Source of the DNA: Ophelia neglecta
Taxonomy: Eukaryota
Direction: 5' to 3'
Length of the DNA stretch: 64,000 bases
Assembly (NCBI GenBank): GCA_965285935.1
Contig: OZ260661.1
Span: forward strand, 144,026,001-144,090,000
Each line of letters starts with the position of its first letter. Position 1 is the stretch's first letter. Below, one piece after another: positions 13,011-26,982 of the stretch. Below the pieces are notes generated by a model, which was given only the letters and a program-made list of their open reading frames with translations, was not told the origin of the DNA and made no database searches. Both the position numbers and the translations under genes were made by a program.

Positions 13011-16000
13011 ATGTATCATCAGACCGTTTTTTTTTTAAGTCAAGGGAGGTAGAGGCTCGAATATAGGTTTTCAACCAGGCAGGATATTATGATTTCGTAG
13101 TCCTTGTAGCCTTCAAGACAGTGTTTTCATATTTATTAGTAATACATTTTGAATTAACTAAAGTAGGAAATTGGTTTGCATTTCAGATGCGTTGGGTAAC
13201 TGGACAAAATGCCATTATTGGCAACCTTGTTTCTTTCTCCGGAGAGGACCAGTCAACTCTTTTAAACAAGCAAGAGCATCACGACGAAGATGATATGTGT
13301 GTTTTTGCCGAAAGTGAGTATCGTGAGACTATTTATAACAGGAACAATTTTCGGTGGCACAGGGTTCCATGCAAGCAACCTAAATTGACTCGACAGTTAA
13401 TTTGTCAGAAATGGCCTGATAGTGAACATAGATATAGTCTGGACAGCCACCTACTAATTTATATCGACGCCATGTTTATGGCATTGCCATTACTGGACCC
13501 TAGTTGTGATGACGGGGTAGAGATTGCAGGATGGACTAATAGAGGATCCTACGACTGTAGTACTAAGACTTTGAATTCAACTACATATTTAAATGAGATA
13601 ACTTTAGTTCGGCTAGCTAAAGCCGTTGATAGTCTGCTACGCCCTGTTTGTTATGTTATCACAGGCGTAGTCCCGGTTTGTTTAAATTATATAACAAATA
13701 TACAAAAAGATAAGAGGGAAAGTGATTTGCTTTCTGTCAAGGTTGTGAACCAAAGCTTGGTACTAGGTCCATTTGTTTGTAGACCAGAGAGAATGGCACA
13801 TAACAACAAGTGTCTAAAGCCTACCGTCGAAAATGTCCTCCATTCAGGCTTAAAACCTGATAAACAATTTGCTAATGAAAAATATATTTTAGACATTTAT
13901 GATTCCATAAAGTAACTACAGTATTTGGGATTTTGCGACTGGACGGTATTTTTCAGCGGAAAATCATTGAAAAGCACTGTAACAAATCCTCAGAGATGCG
14001 CAAACGTTCTTAATATAACACTAATAATTGAACAGGCAACTGCATCAGAACACGTCGGGTGTGCGAAATATCAAACTTCTTGCAAGGAGGGAACATGCAT
14101 ATCTGATTGGGCAATAATGGACGGAGAAAAAGATTGTAATGATGGGTCAGACGAGAACTCGGGCATGTTTCTTATTAATGTTTCTTGTGATATTGATGTT
14201 TTACAGTCACGATGTCTCTGTGCTGCACAATATTTCAAGTGTTTGTCTGGGGGATGTGTCCCCTGGTACAGGGTCTGTGACACTAGGAGTGACTGTCCTG
14301 ATCAGGAGGACGAAAGGATCTGTGTGAAACCCTTGCTCTCAGAAGCTCTACCGCGGGTTTACATTGATATGTTAAAACAGGCGGTAGAGTATCCTATAGC
14401 TGCCTCTTCCTTTGAGGGTGAACCGGTTTGTAATGAGGGCAAACCGGTTTGTAATGAGGGGAAATCGGTTTGTAGTGGTTTATTTTTATGCCGGACAAGT
14501 GACACATGTATACCGATGGAATGGGTGGATGATCAGTTTCCTGACTGTCAACGGAGGGACATATTCACTGCTGAAGATGAGAGATTCATTTGGCACGTTG
14601 ATAACCCTATGGCTTTACTCAATTGTAGTGATCCTACCCACATTCCTTGTTCAAACCCTCCGTCGAAGTGTTTTCCATTAAATAAGCTATGCATTTATGA
14701 ATTGACTGCATACGGTAAAGTCAAGTTCTGTAGAAATGGTGATCACTTAAAAGTTTGCAGCAAGTTCCAATGCCCAGGGCGGTTTAAGTGTCCTGACTCA
14801 TACTGCCTGCCCTTGCACCTAGTTTGTGATGGTGAAAATCAGTGCTTTGGTGGGGAAGATGAACTCGGTTGTCCTCCTAGTGGACAATATCTGAACTGCC
14901 CTGGCTTCTTTCGGTGTAAAGGGGGCTTTTGTCTGCCACAGAGTAGTGTATGTGATGATAACGTCAATTGCCCATTGTATGGCGACGATGAGTTTTTCTG
15001 TAGTTTGACCCTGTGTCATGAAGGGTGTGTTTGTAGATGGATGACTGTAACATGCATTAACTCGACCATTCACGAGATCATAGCTATAAAGATTAAATCA
15101 ATTAGTATTCATGGAAACGGAGTTGTATTTCCCAAGATTTTAGCTGGTGGTTATGTTGTTTCTGTCAATCTATCCCGGAACTCCTTTGTTGTTATTTTGG
15201 AAGATGCATTTTCTTTCCTTTCCAATGTGGCTATCATTGATATTTCGAACAATAGAATTGAGTTGCTCAAGACCAGGTCATTTGACAGCCTTTTAAATCT
15301 GAGGAACATTTACTTGGAAGGAAATCCGGTCAAAGAAATAGAGCCCTTTGCCTTTTTCAATTTGGGCAGGTTAACTAGTCTCATATTCCGCGGTATGAAC
15401 TTGCAACATATTAAGCCTGATTCATTTTACAATATTTCATCGGTCAGGGTGATTGATTTCTCTTCTAATAAAATTATATCATATGACTTCTCTATATTCA
15501 AGAACTTTCCCAACTTAGAGAGAGTCATTCTGACTGATAACCCTTTGGCAATAGTGTATCATCTAGAAGTCTTAAATGTCACAATTGACACGGATGTTGG
15601 TTATTTTTGTTGCCTTTTTGAAAGCAGCCGTTGTGCTGAGTTGCCGCTCATAAGTTGTCTTTGTCCAGGCAGTCTTTCTCATATTAAACTTTTATGTGCA
15701 AATATATATGCATTTTGTCTGATTGTCTTAAATGGCGTTGTTTTCAAACTGAGAAGTGATAAGGTTTCACCAGTAAGTAAGCAATGGATTTTTATAAACT
15801 TAACCGGTATTGCTTACGGTGTATATATTCAAATCATGACTCTGCGAGAATTATTATTCGATTTTAAAGCAATTCATTATCAATACGGTTCCCGGAATAT
15901 GTGGTGCATTGTCGCGGCTTACATCCAATATTTTCACGTGCGGCTCTTGTGCGCTAAAGGTTATTTCTTTATTTTCTCTTTATCAGAGAACCAAACACCT

Positions 16001-18232
16001 CAAAACAGCCATTCATATGTTGGATACTTACACGAAGAAAGGTGTTGGTATCTTATGGATTGTAACTTTGTTCATGGTTGTCGGGGTTTATATCTGGGGT
16101 GTTTATTCAGGGTCGGATCCAAATCTGTCGGAGCTATGCTCCTTCTTCTTCCCTGCTACCGACCCAGGGCTACCAGGTATAGCGCTGCAAACCTATTTTC
16201 TGACACTATTCATTGTATCGGTGTCTGTTTCCTTTTGTTTGCTTTGGCAAATATATAAACGTATGAATGAGTCTTCGTTGCTGTTGAAGGCGACAGGTGG
16301 GAAGGTATCAAAACAGACATCCAATCCTTTGCGTGGGATTCTATTAAAGACTACGGTTGACTTCATTTTATTAATGCCAGTGACAATTATATGTATGCTA
16401 TATCTAGTTAACATTAATATTCCTATTAATTACGGTCACGTGCTCAGTACTTATACAGTTCCGGCGTATTGGCTGGTGAATCTGGTTTTGTATTTGATCA
16501 GATATTTCAAATCATAAATCATATAATTTGGCTTCGAAAGTGAAAGCATAAATTGTATGACGATTTCATAATACTTAATATTATAATAATTTGTATATAC
16601 CAAAAAATGATCAAAAATGCCCTACAAACCACGGAAACAGTAGTAAAAATGGTTGTTTACCAACCACAAAACGGCGTCTATACAGATACCTTGATATCAG
16701 CATGATTATGTGATTTGTTAATGTACAAAACCCCTTGTTAGCCAAATGGCAAAATTCTTGCAAATTATATAAGCCGTAACAGCTTGTCCTAAAGCTCACC
16801 TCCGGCATGTCAAATCATATAGCCAGTGTTTGCTTTCCCTAGAACCCTTCCCTAGTGCATGGCAAATCATACAGGCATTATTAGCTTGTCCTAGAACCCA
16901 CTTCCCGCTATGAGGCGGTATTAGCGTGTCTTAGAACTCACCTCTCGCGGTATGGCCAATCACATAAAAAGGTCTCGAGGAAGAATTCTGTCCTGGTTCA
17001 CAAAAAAATTTAATCTGGTCCCAGTTTGGATGCTATTCATTCCAGGCAGTTTCTTTGGTTGATTTCGTGTCTTTATAATAATAGGATTTATATGATTTAG
17101 AATTTGAGCTCTTTGCTAAGGCCGTGTTATCGATTAAGGGGATCAGTCAGCAATATACAGAGAATAATTTAACTATTGATATATGCTTGAAAAGTTCGAA
17201 GAATTTACTTTTAACATGTGTTGATGAATATTTTGGACTAGATTACTTCATTGCAAAAGGCAAATTTACTTATATATGACCTGGCGAGTAAATCTTCAGA
17301 TCGTGAACGAAGATAACCCACATTCAAAATGGTGTATGGGGTATGGAAGAATCCCAAATCGTCTTGGATCGTGATTTCCAACCTGCAAAGAAAGCCACAC
17401 CGAAAATGAGTGATTTTCTTGTTCTTAAGAAACAAGAAGTCGACCTGAGCAATAGAGGTAGGAGTAAAAGCTACAGGAGAATCTAGGTGAAACGAAGACA
17501 TCATTACTGGAGGACCTTCAGACTACATTTTCTCAAAAGCTGGAGCTTGAACATACTACTATAGCGAGAGTTCATTGAACTCAAACTAAGCCACCACTTG
17601 TTTATGCCAGGGTGAAGAAATAGTTCGACAGAGAAACTTTCTTTTAAAGTCTTAAAAGACAGAGGCCTGTACACTACTGGTGATATTAAGCGAACTACAA
17701 GGAATGAAGAAGTATTGCTAAATAAAATAAAACATTTAGACAGCAGGGTAAGCTGGCCTTTGTGCCGTTCTCAGTAACTTGTATTCTATTGTACAAGGAT
17801 AGCCGACTCCTGGTTCACTAAAGACTTTAAAATATTCAGAAAATGAGAGAAAGTATTGTATACTAGGCAACGCCTGCATTTTGTAGATAAAGCCCCCCGC
17901 AATATAGGGTTTGTAACTGTAGTCACCCAGGTATTGAAATCAGCGTTCACAGGTATGATCCCTAGGTAATCAACAATTAGTAAGTGACACCAGAGCTGTG
18001 AAAGCGTGTAATTGAACTTGAACTAACTGTCAATTTGACACTTGAATTAGTTGACGTGTCACTTGATGTATAAGAACGGCCATAGTCTAAGATTTAGCCT
18101 TCCCACTATGTTATTATAGAGCTGATCGCTTGTCTGTCACTTATATCTCTATTCATATCATTTTTTGCGTCTTGCGTGTGTGTTTGTGTATAACTTGTTT
18201 TTGACGTGTGAATTAATATTACTTTATCAAAT

Positions 18233-18369
18233 NNNNNNNNNNNNNNNNNNNNNNNNNNNNNNNNNNNNNNNNNNNNNNNNNNNNNNNNNNNNNNNNNNNN
18301 NNNNNNNNNNNNNNNNNNNNNNNNNNNNNNNNNNNNNNNNNNNNNNNNNNNNNNNNNNNNNNNNNNNNN
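18233..18369. other. Assembly gap (137 N)
   Basis: Run of N. Confidence 1.
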
Positions 18370-19230
18370 ACATTCGAAACCATGTAAACAAGAACATACT
18401 TCTGGTAAAAACTGATGAATTACTGAGTTACACTTAGAAATACTGGGACATGTGGAAGGGTTTAAAAACAATGGATTATCCTATTGTTGAGTTGGACTCA
18501 TTTTATGACCAATTTAAGAAACTTCAACCAAATGACCCAAAACTGTATTAAATAAGTGTTGATATAGAAACTTTTATATCTGAACATGTTCAAAGTGACC
18601 CGGTGTTTCTGGACGAGGATACAGAAATACAGCTCGGAGAACTTGATAAATGTATTCAAAAGCTAAAGTCAGAAAAATCTCCTGGTACTGATGGTGTCAT
18701 AAATGAACAGTCAAGTATTCTAAGGAAATTCGTTCACCCTTGTTGAAATTGTTTGTATACCGGTGTATAGCCCGAGTCATAGTCACCAGTCGCAAATATT
18801 AAAAAGAGGTAGTGCTACAAACCCTAGTAATTACTGGGGGATCTCATTGCTAAGTTGTATTTCAAAATTGTTCACGAAAATTCTGAACGAGAGATTGAGT
18901 GTATGGGCGGAAGAATCCAGCTTTATATAACCAGGTTCCTCTAAAGAAATCGTCACCTCTCTATGAAACAGGGACGTGATCAAGGCCCAAAATATCCCCG
19001 AAGCAAATATAATGTGTTGCGCGTGTAGAGGAATTAAAGATGAAATTAATTTCCATTTAGTGTGCCCACTAAACAGTAGTCTATGGGAACATTATTTATC
19101 TTGCTGTGAATTTCAAGGTAGCCAAGAGATTTTTTTAAAGTATTTAATGAAAGCAACAGTAGAATAATGAACAATGTAGCTGTGTTCATCGGAAAGGCCT
19201 TCAAGCTGCACACTGGGCTGTTGTAAATTC
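18370..19230 (+). mobile_element. Degenerate RTE-X/CR1-like LINE fragment (duplicate of the 47300-50050 relic)
   Basis: KLKSEKSPGTDGVINE, NPSNYWGISLLSCISKLFTKILNERL and a C-terminal Cys/His motif (DEINFHLVCP). Confidence 0.7.
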
Positions 19231-22200
19231 AGGTACCTCCCGTATTTATATATTATATATATTACATGATTAATGCAATTTTCTTTTTCTCTGTTTAAAT
19301 GGGTATGCTTAATATCCAGTACTAGAGTTAACATCTCTTGAGGTTGGAATCCTCTTTTGTTTGTGTTAGGTTAAAGTATGCATAGCACAGTTTATGTGAC
19401 AATAATATGATTTTGTGATTTCGATTTTCCCCGTTGAAGACCTTGCGCCTTACTATAGACTCGATTATTTTTCTCTTTCTTGTTTTGTACATAACTGGTG
19501 AAGTTTAATCATTCCATTTAATATATAGCCTATTCCTTGATTGTTTCGCATACATTAAATATCAACTTGTATTAATGAAGCTCCTCTGTGTGAGGGAAAC
19601 AAGGAGAATAGTGATATAAAGTCTGTACGTATAGTGTTGTATTTCATACATGATTTGCAAAATAAACAATTAATCTTTCACTCAGCGACGAAATTTCCAG
19701 TCGATAAAATATAGTGAAATATGATGTACGAAATTTTTACAAAAAATCTTGGTCAAATTAAATATGTACCCCGTGCGATATGACAATTGTAAAGTGATAG
19801 TCAAAACCCGCATTTCCTCTAATTCATTTCTAACTAAACTCCTCTTTCGTTAATTGAAATATGTAAGTTGACACTATAAAATCTTTTGTTTGATACTATA
19901 CCCACAGAAAATGACATTGCCCAATTCTCGTATTTCATTCACTCGGTGTCTAAATTTTCATGTGATTAATTTTATCTTGTCAATAAGTTCTGAGCTCGGT
20001 TTTGGCTTTCATATCTTGCCAACAATGCTTCCCTTATATAGGTAATATCCAAGTTAGCACAAATTCATACGCAAGGAGCTCTAGCTGCTGCTTGTCGTGG
20101 GCGCTGATGATACCGGGCACGACTATTTTGGACCAGTGGTGCCGGTCTGTTTTTATCATTCGCATGTACACAAGCGATTCCTTCTCTATTTATGTCTGCT
20201 GCATTCAACTTGCGCGATGGTTTTAGTTAAACCCAACCAAATATTAAAACAAGTCACCCTATTAATGTGAGGAGAAACACTGAATCCCAGCCCTAGGAGG
20301 TTCCGATGAAGTTAAAATATTCGTCAATCATCGTCAATATTCTGCCTTAGCCTGCGCAAACAAACACGGTTAATTATTTTATGTTGTACTATACTGCGTG
20401 CACAAATAAAGCAGATGAACTGCACCAAGGTGGAATGTACCATGATAATATAATAAGGACATTTCCAAAACAGATATATGAGACATGTCATGTGAAATCG
20501 CGTGATTTGATTAATGTGGCTAATAGTGAGTTATTTACCACTAAGAAGTGTGTATAATTCTAGAGCCGCTGAGCGAAGACAAGACAAAACATGAAACCAA
20601 TTTGAGTTTGTTAGACTCGCAGAAATCTCATCGTGCTTATTAAAAGAAGTCCTTTGATAATTGCATATTGCTGGACGCTTACCAGTCGAAAGCGTGCACG
20701 CACTAGCAAGTAATGGACATATCAATTTATAAGCAGCACGCTAAGTTACCTTCCTATGCCTCGAAAAGTGACAAATTTATTCTAACTCGTATACAGGCGA
20801 GAATTTTGCAGAATTTACATTTGCTTTGGGAAGAGTTAGATTTAGGTTGGTTAAGCCGAATGTTCGGTTAGTTAATGTGGCATAATAATGTTATTTATGA
20901 TGTATACCTGTGTACTTTGTGCCTACCAAGCTGGTCGCAAGGTTCTAACTTCACAAATCGTGCCATGGCTTTCTCTCCTAGCTCTAGCAGTGGGTATTTC
21001 CTCTTCATATTATAGCTTGGATATACACAATCTAACGGCAGTTTGTTTAATCAATATGTGCAATGATATCAAGTATAAGCATTTGACACAATTGAATGGA
21101 GTTGTTTTGGGAGGATTCTAAATCTTTATTTTTTGGGTCTGTCTTGCATTAAGTGGTTTAAGATTATATATAAAACTGTCTCCTTAGTTGTGTTATTAAT
21201 ATTTGAGACTTCGGACTTTATGGTGTTCGGTGATTTTAACATTTCTTTTGATGATGCTTCAGACACCTTCTTTTAAGGGGTTCCTGTCTTCGTTTAGGCT
21301 TAAGCAACATGGTGAAACGCATCTTGTTGTGAAAAGGTGCCTCTATGTTAGAAAATGTTTGGAAGAAAAAATTATCTTTTGTACACCTTGTATCTTTAAT
21401 CATAAATCTTCATAGGAAGGGAAAGAAACTGCCGAGAAAGACTGAAAACCTATTGGACGTTATCGAGGATAGGTTTGAACTTCAGTTTCAACTAAATATA
21501 TATTGTGAGTATTGTATGTGGTGAAAAATCTTTTCATTGGTGACGTGTCTAACAAATCGCCCTTTCAAACCATAGAAAGTCCACAAAATATGTTATCTTC
21601 AAGGCAGGATATGTACTTATAACTTAGTAAATTATCACCGTCATTTTATTAAAACGTCTATCTTGTCAAATCTTGTCATTTCAATTTGCTATTGATAATT
21701 TATATTCTGTTTATCTGCACCTTATGCTTTCCATTATTGCATCATGGTGATTATTTTTTGAGTTATAATAGGTGACACATAAACCATAGGCTGTTCTATG
21801 TATGCCTCAATGATTAATATGCTGTTTATCAATATATGTGAATTCGTTTTTACCAATTAATAATTTTCAGTTTGAAGACATTGTGAAATTTACTTGGCAA
21901 AATAAATTAATTTGAATTTCAGTTTTTGTATTTATGCTGCACTGCTGAAGGAGACGATGAACGGTGCAGTACTAGCCATAAATGCCACAGTTAAATTTCT
22001 TTAAAATCGGTGGTATCCGTATACATAAGACGGCTAAGATAAATAGAATTTATTATTACAATCGAATGGGTTAGTTCATTTCTTTCATTTTTTTTATAAA
22101 ACCGTTTAATTAACAACATCTTATCAAAAATGTCAAAACTGCAATGACGCTTCTCGTAAAGGTTCATCCTTTTGTTTTATCCTTACTAGCATATTAATTA

Positions 22201-25200
22201 CTATTAAGAAAAGGCTTAATTCCACCTAAACTTTCTATTAAAAGAATAACTTACATCAGCAGCATTACTTAAAGCAAATAGTATTTCTGAAATGAGTGTA
22301 ACATCGTCTGAACACCAGGAAAACCGAGGTAGTTTGGTTTCGTGGCTGATATATTGACTTTAAGTAAGTATGCGGGCTCTTTTAATTGTCCTCTTTCCTC
22401 TTTGTGGGTTCCAAGATCAACGCACACCATATTAACCCATATTTGACATCATTTTGTGGATCAATAAACAATACCAGTTATCTTAACCAAGGTCACTTAT
22501 TCTAGTTCTCCATAGAACAGTGTCAAATAAAACATGTGTTTAAAGAAACTAAACACTTTGTATCAAGAGGAGGGTTTGGTATTCAAAATTGGTGGAAATG
22601 TGGCTTCCTGGATATATTTTACGGGGTTAATGTATTAATATAATATGTTTTACTGTCCGATCAGAAATTAAAAGCCAGAGGTGATTCTTCCGCTATTAGT
22701 GTGCAATCTTTAACACCATTCACGCTCCCTGTGAAAACAAAACTTCAATCTTTTATTAATTTGCCTTCTTCTCTCTGTTATGTTTAATTCGCTTTTCAAC
22801 GTGCGGCCTTTCTATCTCGTTTTGAACAAATTTCTCAGTGGGCCTATATGATTTTTGTTTGTAATACTGGCAGCAGTTCTTTCCGTTTCCCGGCCTGTAT
22901 ATACATGTGCTCCTATATAAACACATTTTAAATGCAAATATGCCATTTAGAAAAGCGAATCTTTCTTTGACACATATGATATAATTAAGTATTTATCACA
23001 TTATCAATTTTTTACTTACTTAAGCATAAACCTTAAGGAAGCGCACCTAAGTTGTCAATTAAAGACGGCGTGTCGGAGCACGGATGTTTTATAATTACAA
23101 AGTAGCACATTGGTAAGGGAGACACTTGAGGGTCTTCCATTGTGACCACTAAGTGAAATTCAAGTATGCTAAAAAAACACTGGCCCGTACTACTACCTCA
23201 ACATTCAAGTAATAGACCTACGTCAGTATGCTGCTACCATAATATCTACGCAAAGTAGTATCATACAAAACATCAGCATAAGTTTTAGTATGCTACTTCA
23301 TTGCAAAAAATCGCGAAACGAAAAGCCACATTGAGAATCATTTACCTGTCCATTGTAGATCGATATGGGGCCCGTTATCCTTCTGCACACGGTATTACTT
23401 CTGCTAGCCGTATGTCATAATCATAAGCATAATATATCATCAATGTTTTGGGACAATAAATTCTACACTCAATTTCAAACAAATGGTGAACGGCGCAAAT
23501 GCTATAAATTGCATTAATCTGCAGTTCGTAGAAGCTGCAATAAAATACTTGCAAATTAAACATACATACGCTCGTTTTATCTTTAACCTCAGTTATCAGA
23601 TTGATATCATTTGTAAATAGTACAGCCTGTGCAAACGCATAATTTACCGCTAACAAAATACATGTTCAAATGACATAGATATATGAAGTCCAGAGCACAA
23701 TATAACATCAAACATGCTTCCCATGTTTTTAGCAATACATTTAAAGCCAATGCTTTATTGTTGGTCGCTTTATTACAGTACAGATACACAGCATCATACG
23801 GTGACTAGACTCTTTGCACACGAGGAGGAAAGATAAAATACGCACGGATAAAACGATATGAATGAACTTCATTTAAAACGTTTAGTTCATAATTAATTAT
23901 TTATTAAACAATATTGGTAATGGAAACACAACGTAATTAAGTTTCAAAAAGTTATGTGCCCAAATAGACATATTAATATGATAATTTAATTAAAGTCACA
24001 TATAACAAATGACAAAAAAACTGCATAACGCCTACTACAGTAGTCGTTTACGAAACACCGCTAACACACTAAACATCAAAAACAATTTTAGTAGTTTCCC
24101 ATTACGTTTTCCATTATGAACTCAGGAAGTACAAAGTCACCCCTTTGCATTTCATGTGCAACGCACTAGCTGATAATAACCTTACGATTTGCCGATTGAG
24201 AAAGAAAATACTAACATAATCCCGAAATATAATCATGATGACAAGCAGTAAAACAAATACCAATATAATAAGTAGTGGGGTCAAGACATTCAAAGAAACA
24301 GACGTAACCCTCCTTCATTTATACTACTCGCCTTATCAAATTTTATTCACGCAACAGTGGTAATTGATATCCTTTTTAGACATTAGCGCCTGGGTATGTT
24401 TTCTTAACAATCAAAACTCATGACTAAAAGACAACATAATGTAGACACACACGCGTTTCACCTAAAGGATTATTAGGTAGGGCAATTACAATTTAGCCTA
24501 CACCTAAATACTGTGAACGAATGAATATTAATACAATCTTAATACTGGAGGAAAGAAGCAGCTTCTAGCAAACCTGATTGTACCAAGTCAAACTTTGTTC
24601 TACCTTATTCGGGAATGTTCAGGGTATTTTACCAAGATGTAACAGTATTAAATCTTTCTTCCGAATTTGGTTGTGCTTACCAGGAATACTTCGCTGTACA
24701 ACTTCCATGCAGTCATATAGTCAAGACTGCACTTACCAGACCGGAATGCTTTAAACTCAAGTCTATCTTTGTGCGATGATAGATTTGATTGATTGATTCT
24801 TTTTATTTGGCAATTATACAGAGTAAAAAATACAATAAGATATAAGGTACACAATTTGCCAGGACGCCGAAGCCGAAGCTGTAGTTACTGGTCCCCCTAA
24901 CTGCAGAGTTACTTGTGCAAATTAAGAAGAAAAAAACAAGAGAAAAACTTACAGAAGAGAAACAAACGCCAACATGTCAAATAATATATATATTAGAAGA
25001 ATTGTATAATATAACTTGGCATGAATGACATTATGATTCACCCAGCAGATAACATTAGTTAAAGTAGACATCACTTAGCGACTTCCATGCGTAGGTCAGT
25101 TTCGAATAAACCAGTGAGCAACATTTTATTTTGAAACCCTTTTATAGGTTTATGTGTATAATAAAAATAATGAAAATAATGATTTCCTAAGTAAACGGAA

Positions 25201-26632
25201 GGCATGTCTGGATTCCAATCTAGGAACCTTTGGTTACTACGTCACAGGATCGGAAAACATGGGTTTATCACGTACCCAATGTCTTGCTATCCAATAGTTT
25301 TATGTTAGAGGGGGGGGGGGGGGCATTTTGAGTCAAGAGACTTGCTTACCTTAGACACAGGGACCTACGTGGCTGATAGACGGAGCTGGGAGATTGATGA
25401 TTGAGCGCCTGGATATTGGTGTATGTATTCTCCATGACCCATATGTGAATATCAAGAGAGTCGTTTTGTTTTTTACCGGACAAAGGCGGCAGACAACAAA
25501 TTTAGCTCTTAAATAAGGCGAGTAGTATGGTGCCCTCTATCGAAGTGGAACACAAACAGAGGTGCGCAGTAATTTCCTCACGCAATTCTGGCAATTAGTG
25601 TCCGTGAAATATAACCCAAAACAGAGTAACACAACTTTACTCTAGATTATACGAATCAAACGTTTGTTGATAACCAGGTAACGTGATGTGATTTCTGACG
25701 ACCACGGTGGTCATCAGGATACGAGCGGAGTGTTAGTTTGTGTAGGTAACTATTCGTCGTTTATTATGACCAATTAAATACATTGTGGATTACAATAATA
25801 AACCACATATTATAAATATCAATATGACGCCAAATTCAATTAACGCATTAAGACCCTTAACAGAAAAGCTCATAGACTGGACTTTGATGTATCCGATGAT
25901 TACTAGTCAATTCATCGAGGTCTATATTAATATTATTATTGTGCTTCAATTGCGTAGACCTTTATCAGCATAATTTTTCAGACGTCATCAATTTCAAAGT
26001 CGTTGGAATCATATCGACATAGTTTGGATTGAACCTTTAACAATGCAAATTAACACTGATAAAGCTATATACTATTCGTTACTTTACCATTTTCTATTCT
26101 ATTGTAAGGAGGTGTTGGGTAAAACTTCTGATAATTACCTTATGCCGTTAGACATTCTACAAAAAAAGATGCATTTGCAACATTGCTGGGTAGTTTGTGT
26201 CACACCACTAGTCTATTCACAAAATTTAAAATCCCCCCAACCCCTCTAGGCAATTATATACTTAAACAAAATTTAAAAAGCACTTATATATATCTATAAA
26301 GTTTATTTGTTAATGTTCATGTCACAGTATTATCTGTATTTTGTTGAAACCTTCCGTAATTCGTATCTTGTAGCAGACGTATGCTCATGCCCAATACACA
26401 CTTCCTCATTCATGTACTTCTGCCCAGCCAAAAAACAGTCCTTATAGAAAATTAAAACTCTTTGGTCATCGATATAACAATGGATTCTGATAATCACGCT
26501 TATCCCACTAGAAATGCTGGCATGTTTTATATTCCAATATTCAACTTACCTTTTTATTTAATTCAGTTAGATCCCCCAAGCGTCCTTATTTTTAATAACA
26601 TACATGATAATTGTGTTTGAATATTCCACTAC

Positions 26633-26733
26633 GGCTGTCAACTCTAATAACAAGTCTTTATACAAACCCCACAGCCTGGCAACTCTCAATACAAGTCTTT
26701 ATACAGACCTAAACGCCTGGCAACTCTCAATAC
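26633..26733. repeat. About 39-40-bp satellite, first block
   Basis: Unit CAACTCTCAATACAAGTCTATATACAGACCTCAACGCCTGG; continues at 31219-31540, 36660-36774 and 37681-37750. Confidence 0.9.
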
Positions 26734-26982
26734 TTAAAAATTATTTTCGTTTGAAGTATGAATTAGAAAATAATTGGTTTATTAGCACCTAGACACATCG
26801 TCTGTATGCCCAGGTGGCAAAACCGGTCCTGTGTACCGGATTAGCGGAATGCCTGGCCGCCAGGCGACTGTTCGCTTGACCGAACACCGGTCCTGCAGGC
26901 TGCCAGGCCTGGCAGCCTGGCCAAGTCATTCTCGGTTTGACCACCAAGACGACAGCACGCTGCCCAAACTAAACAGTCCGCC

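Larger units (their letters stand above)
8279..16517 (+). pseudogene. Disrupted paralog of the CUB/C-type-lectin/LDLa/LRR GRL101-like GPCR (exon 1 8279-12646, exon 2 13187-16517)
   Basis: Colinear with 38307-44681. Lesions: deletion giving TAG at 8852-8854; 1692-bp insertion at 10086-11777; TAG at 12029-12031; AAA>TAA at 13913-13915; 2-bp deletion frameshift near 15930. The splice sites GCG|GTAAGT and TTTCAG|ATG are retained. Confidence 0.92.
7990..26632 (+). repeat. Segmental duplication unit A (paralogous to 38017-53532)
   Basis: Shared promoter, gene and colinear downstream blocks, e.g. 17738-18232 vs 46541-47041, 19620-20360 vs 51394-52540, 25550-26280 vs 52590-53260, 26487-26632 vs 53405-53532. 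Confidence 0.9.

Noticed and set aside
8246-16517. Six or seven independent genes as listed in the ORF track
   Set aside because: All are fragments of one disrupted paralog of 38307-44681; the ends of ORFs 8897-10273 and 11723-12031 read into transposon TIRs.
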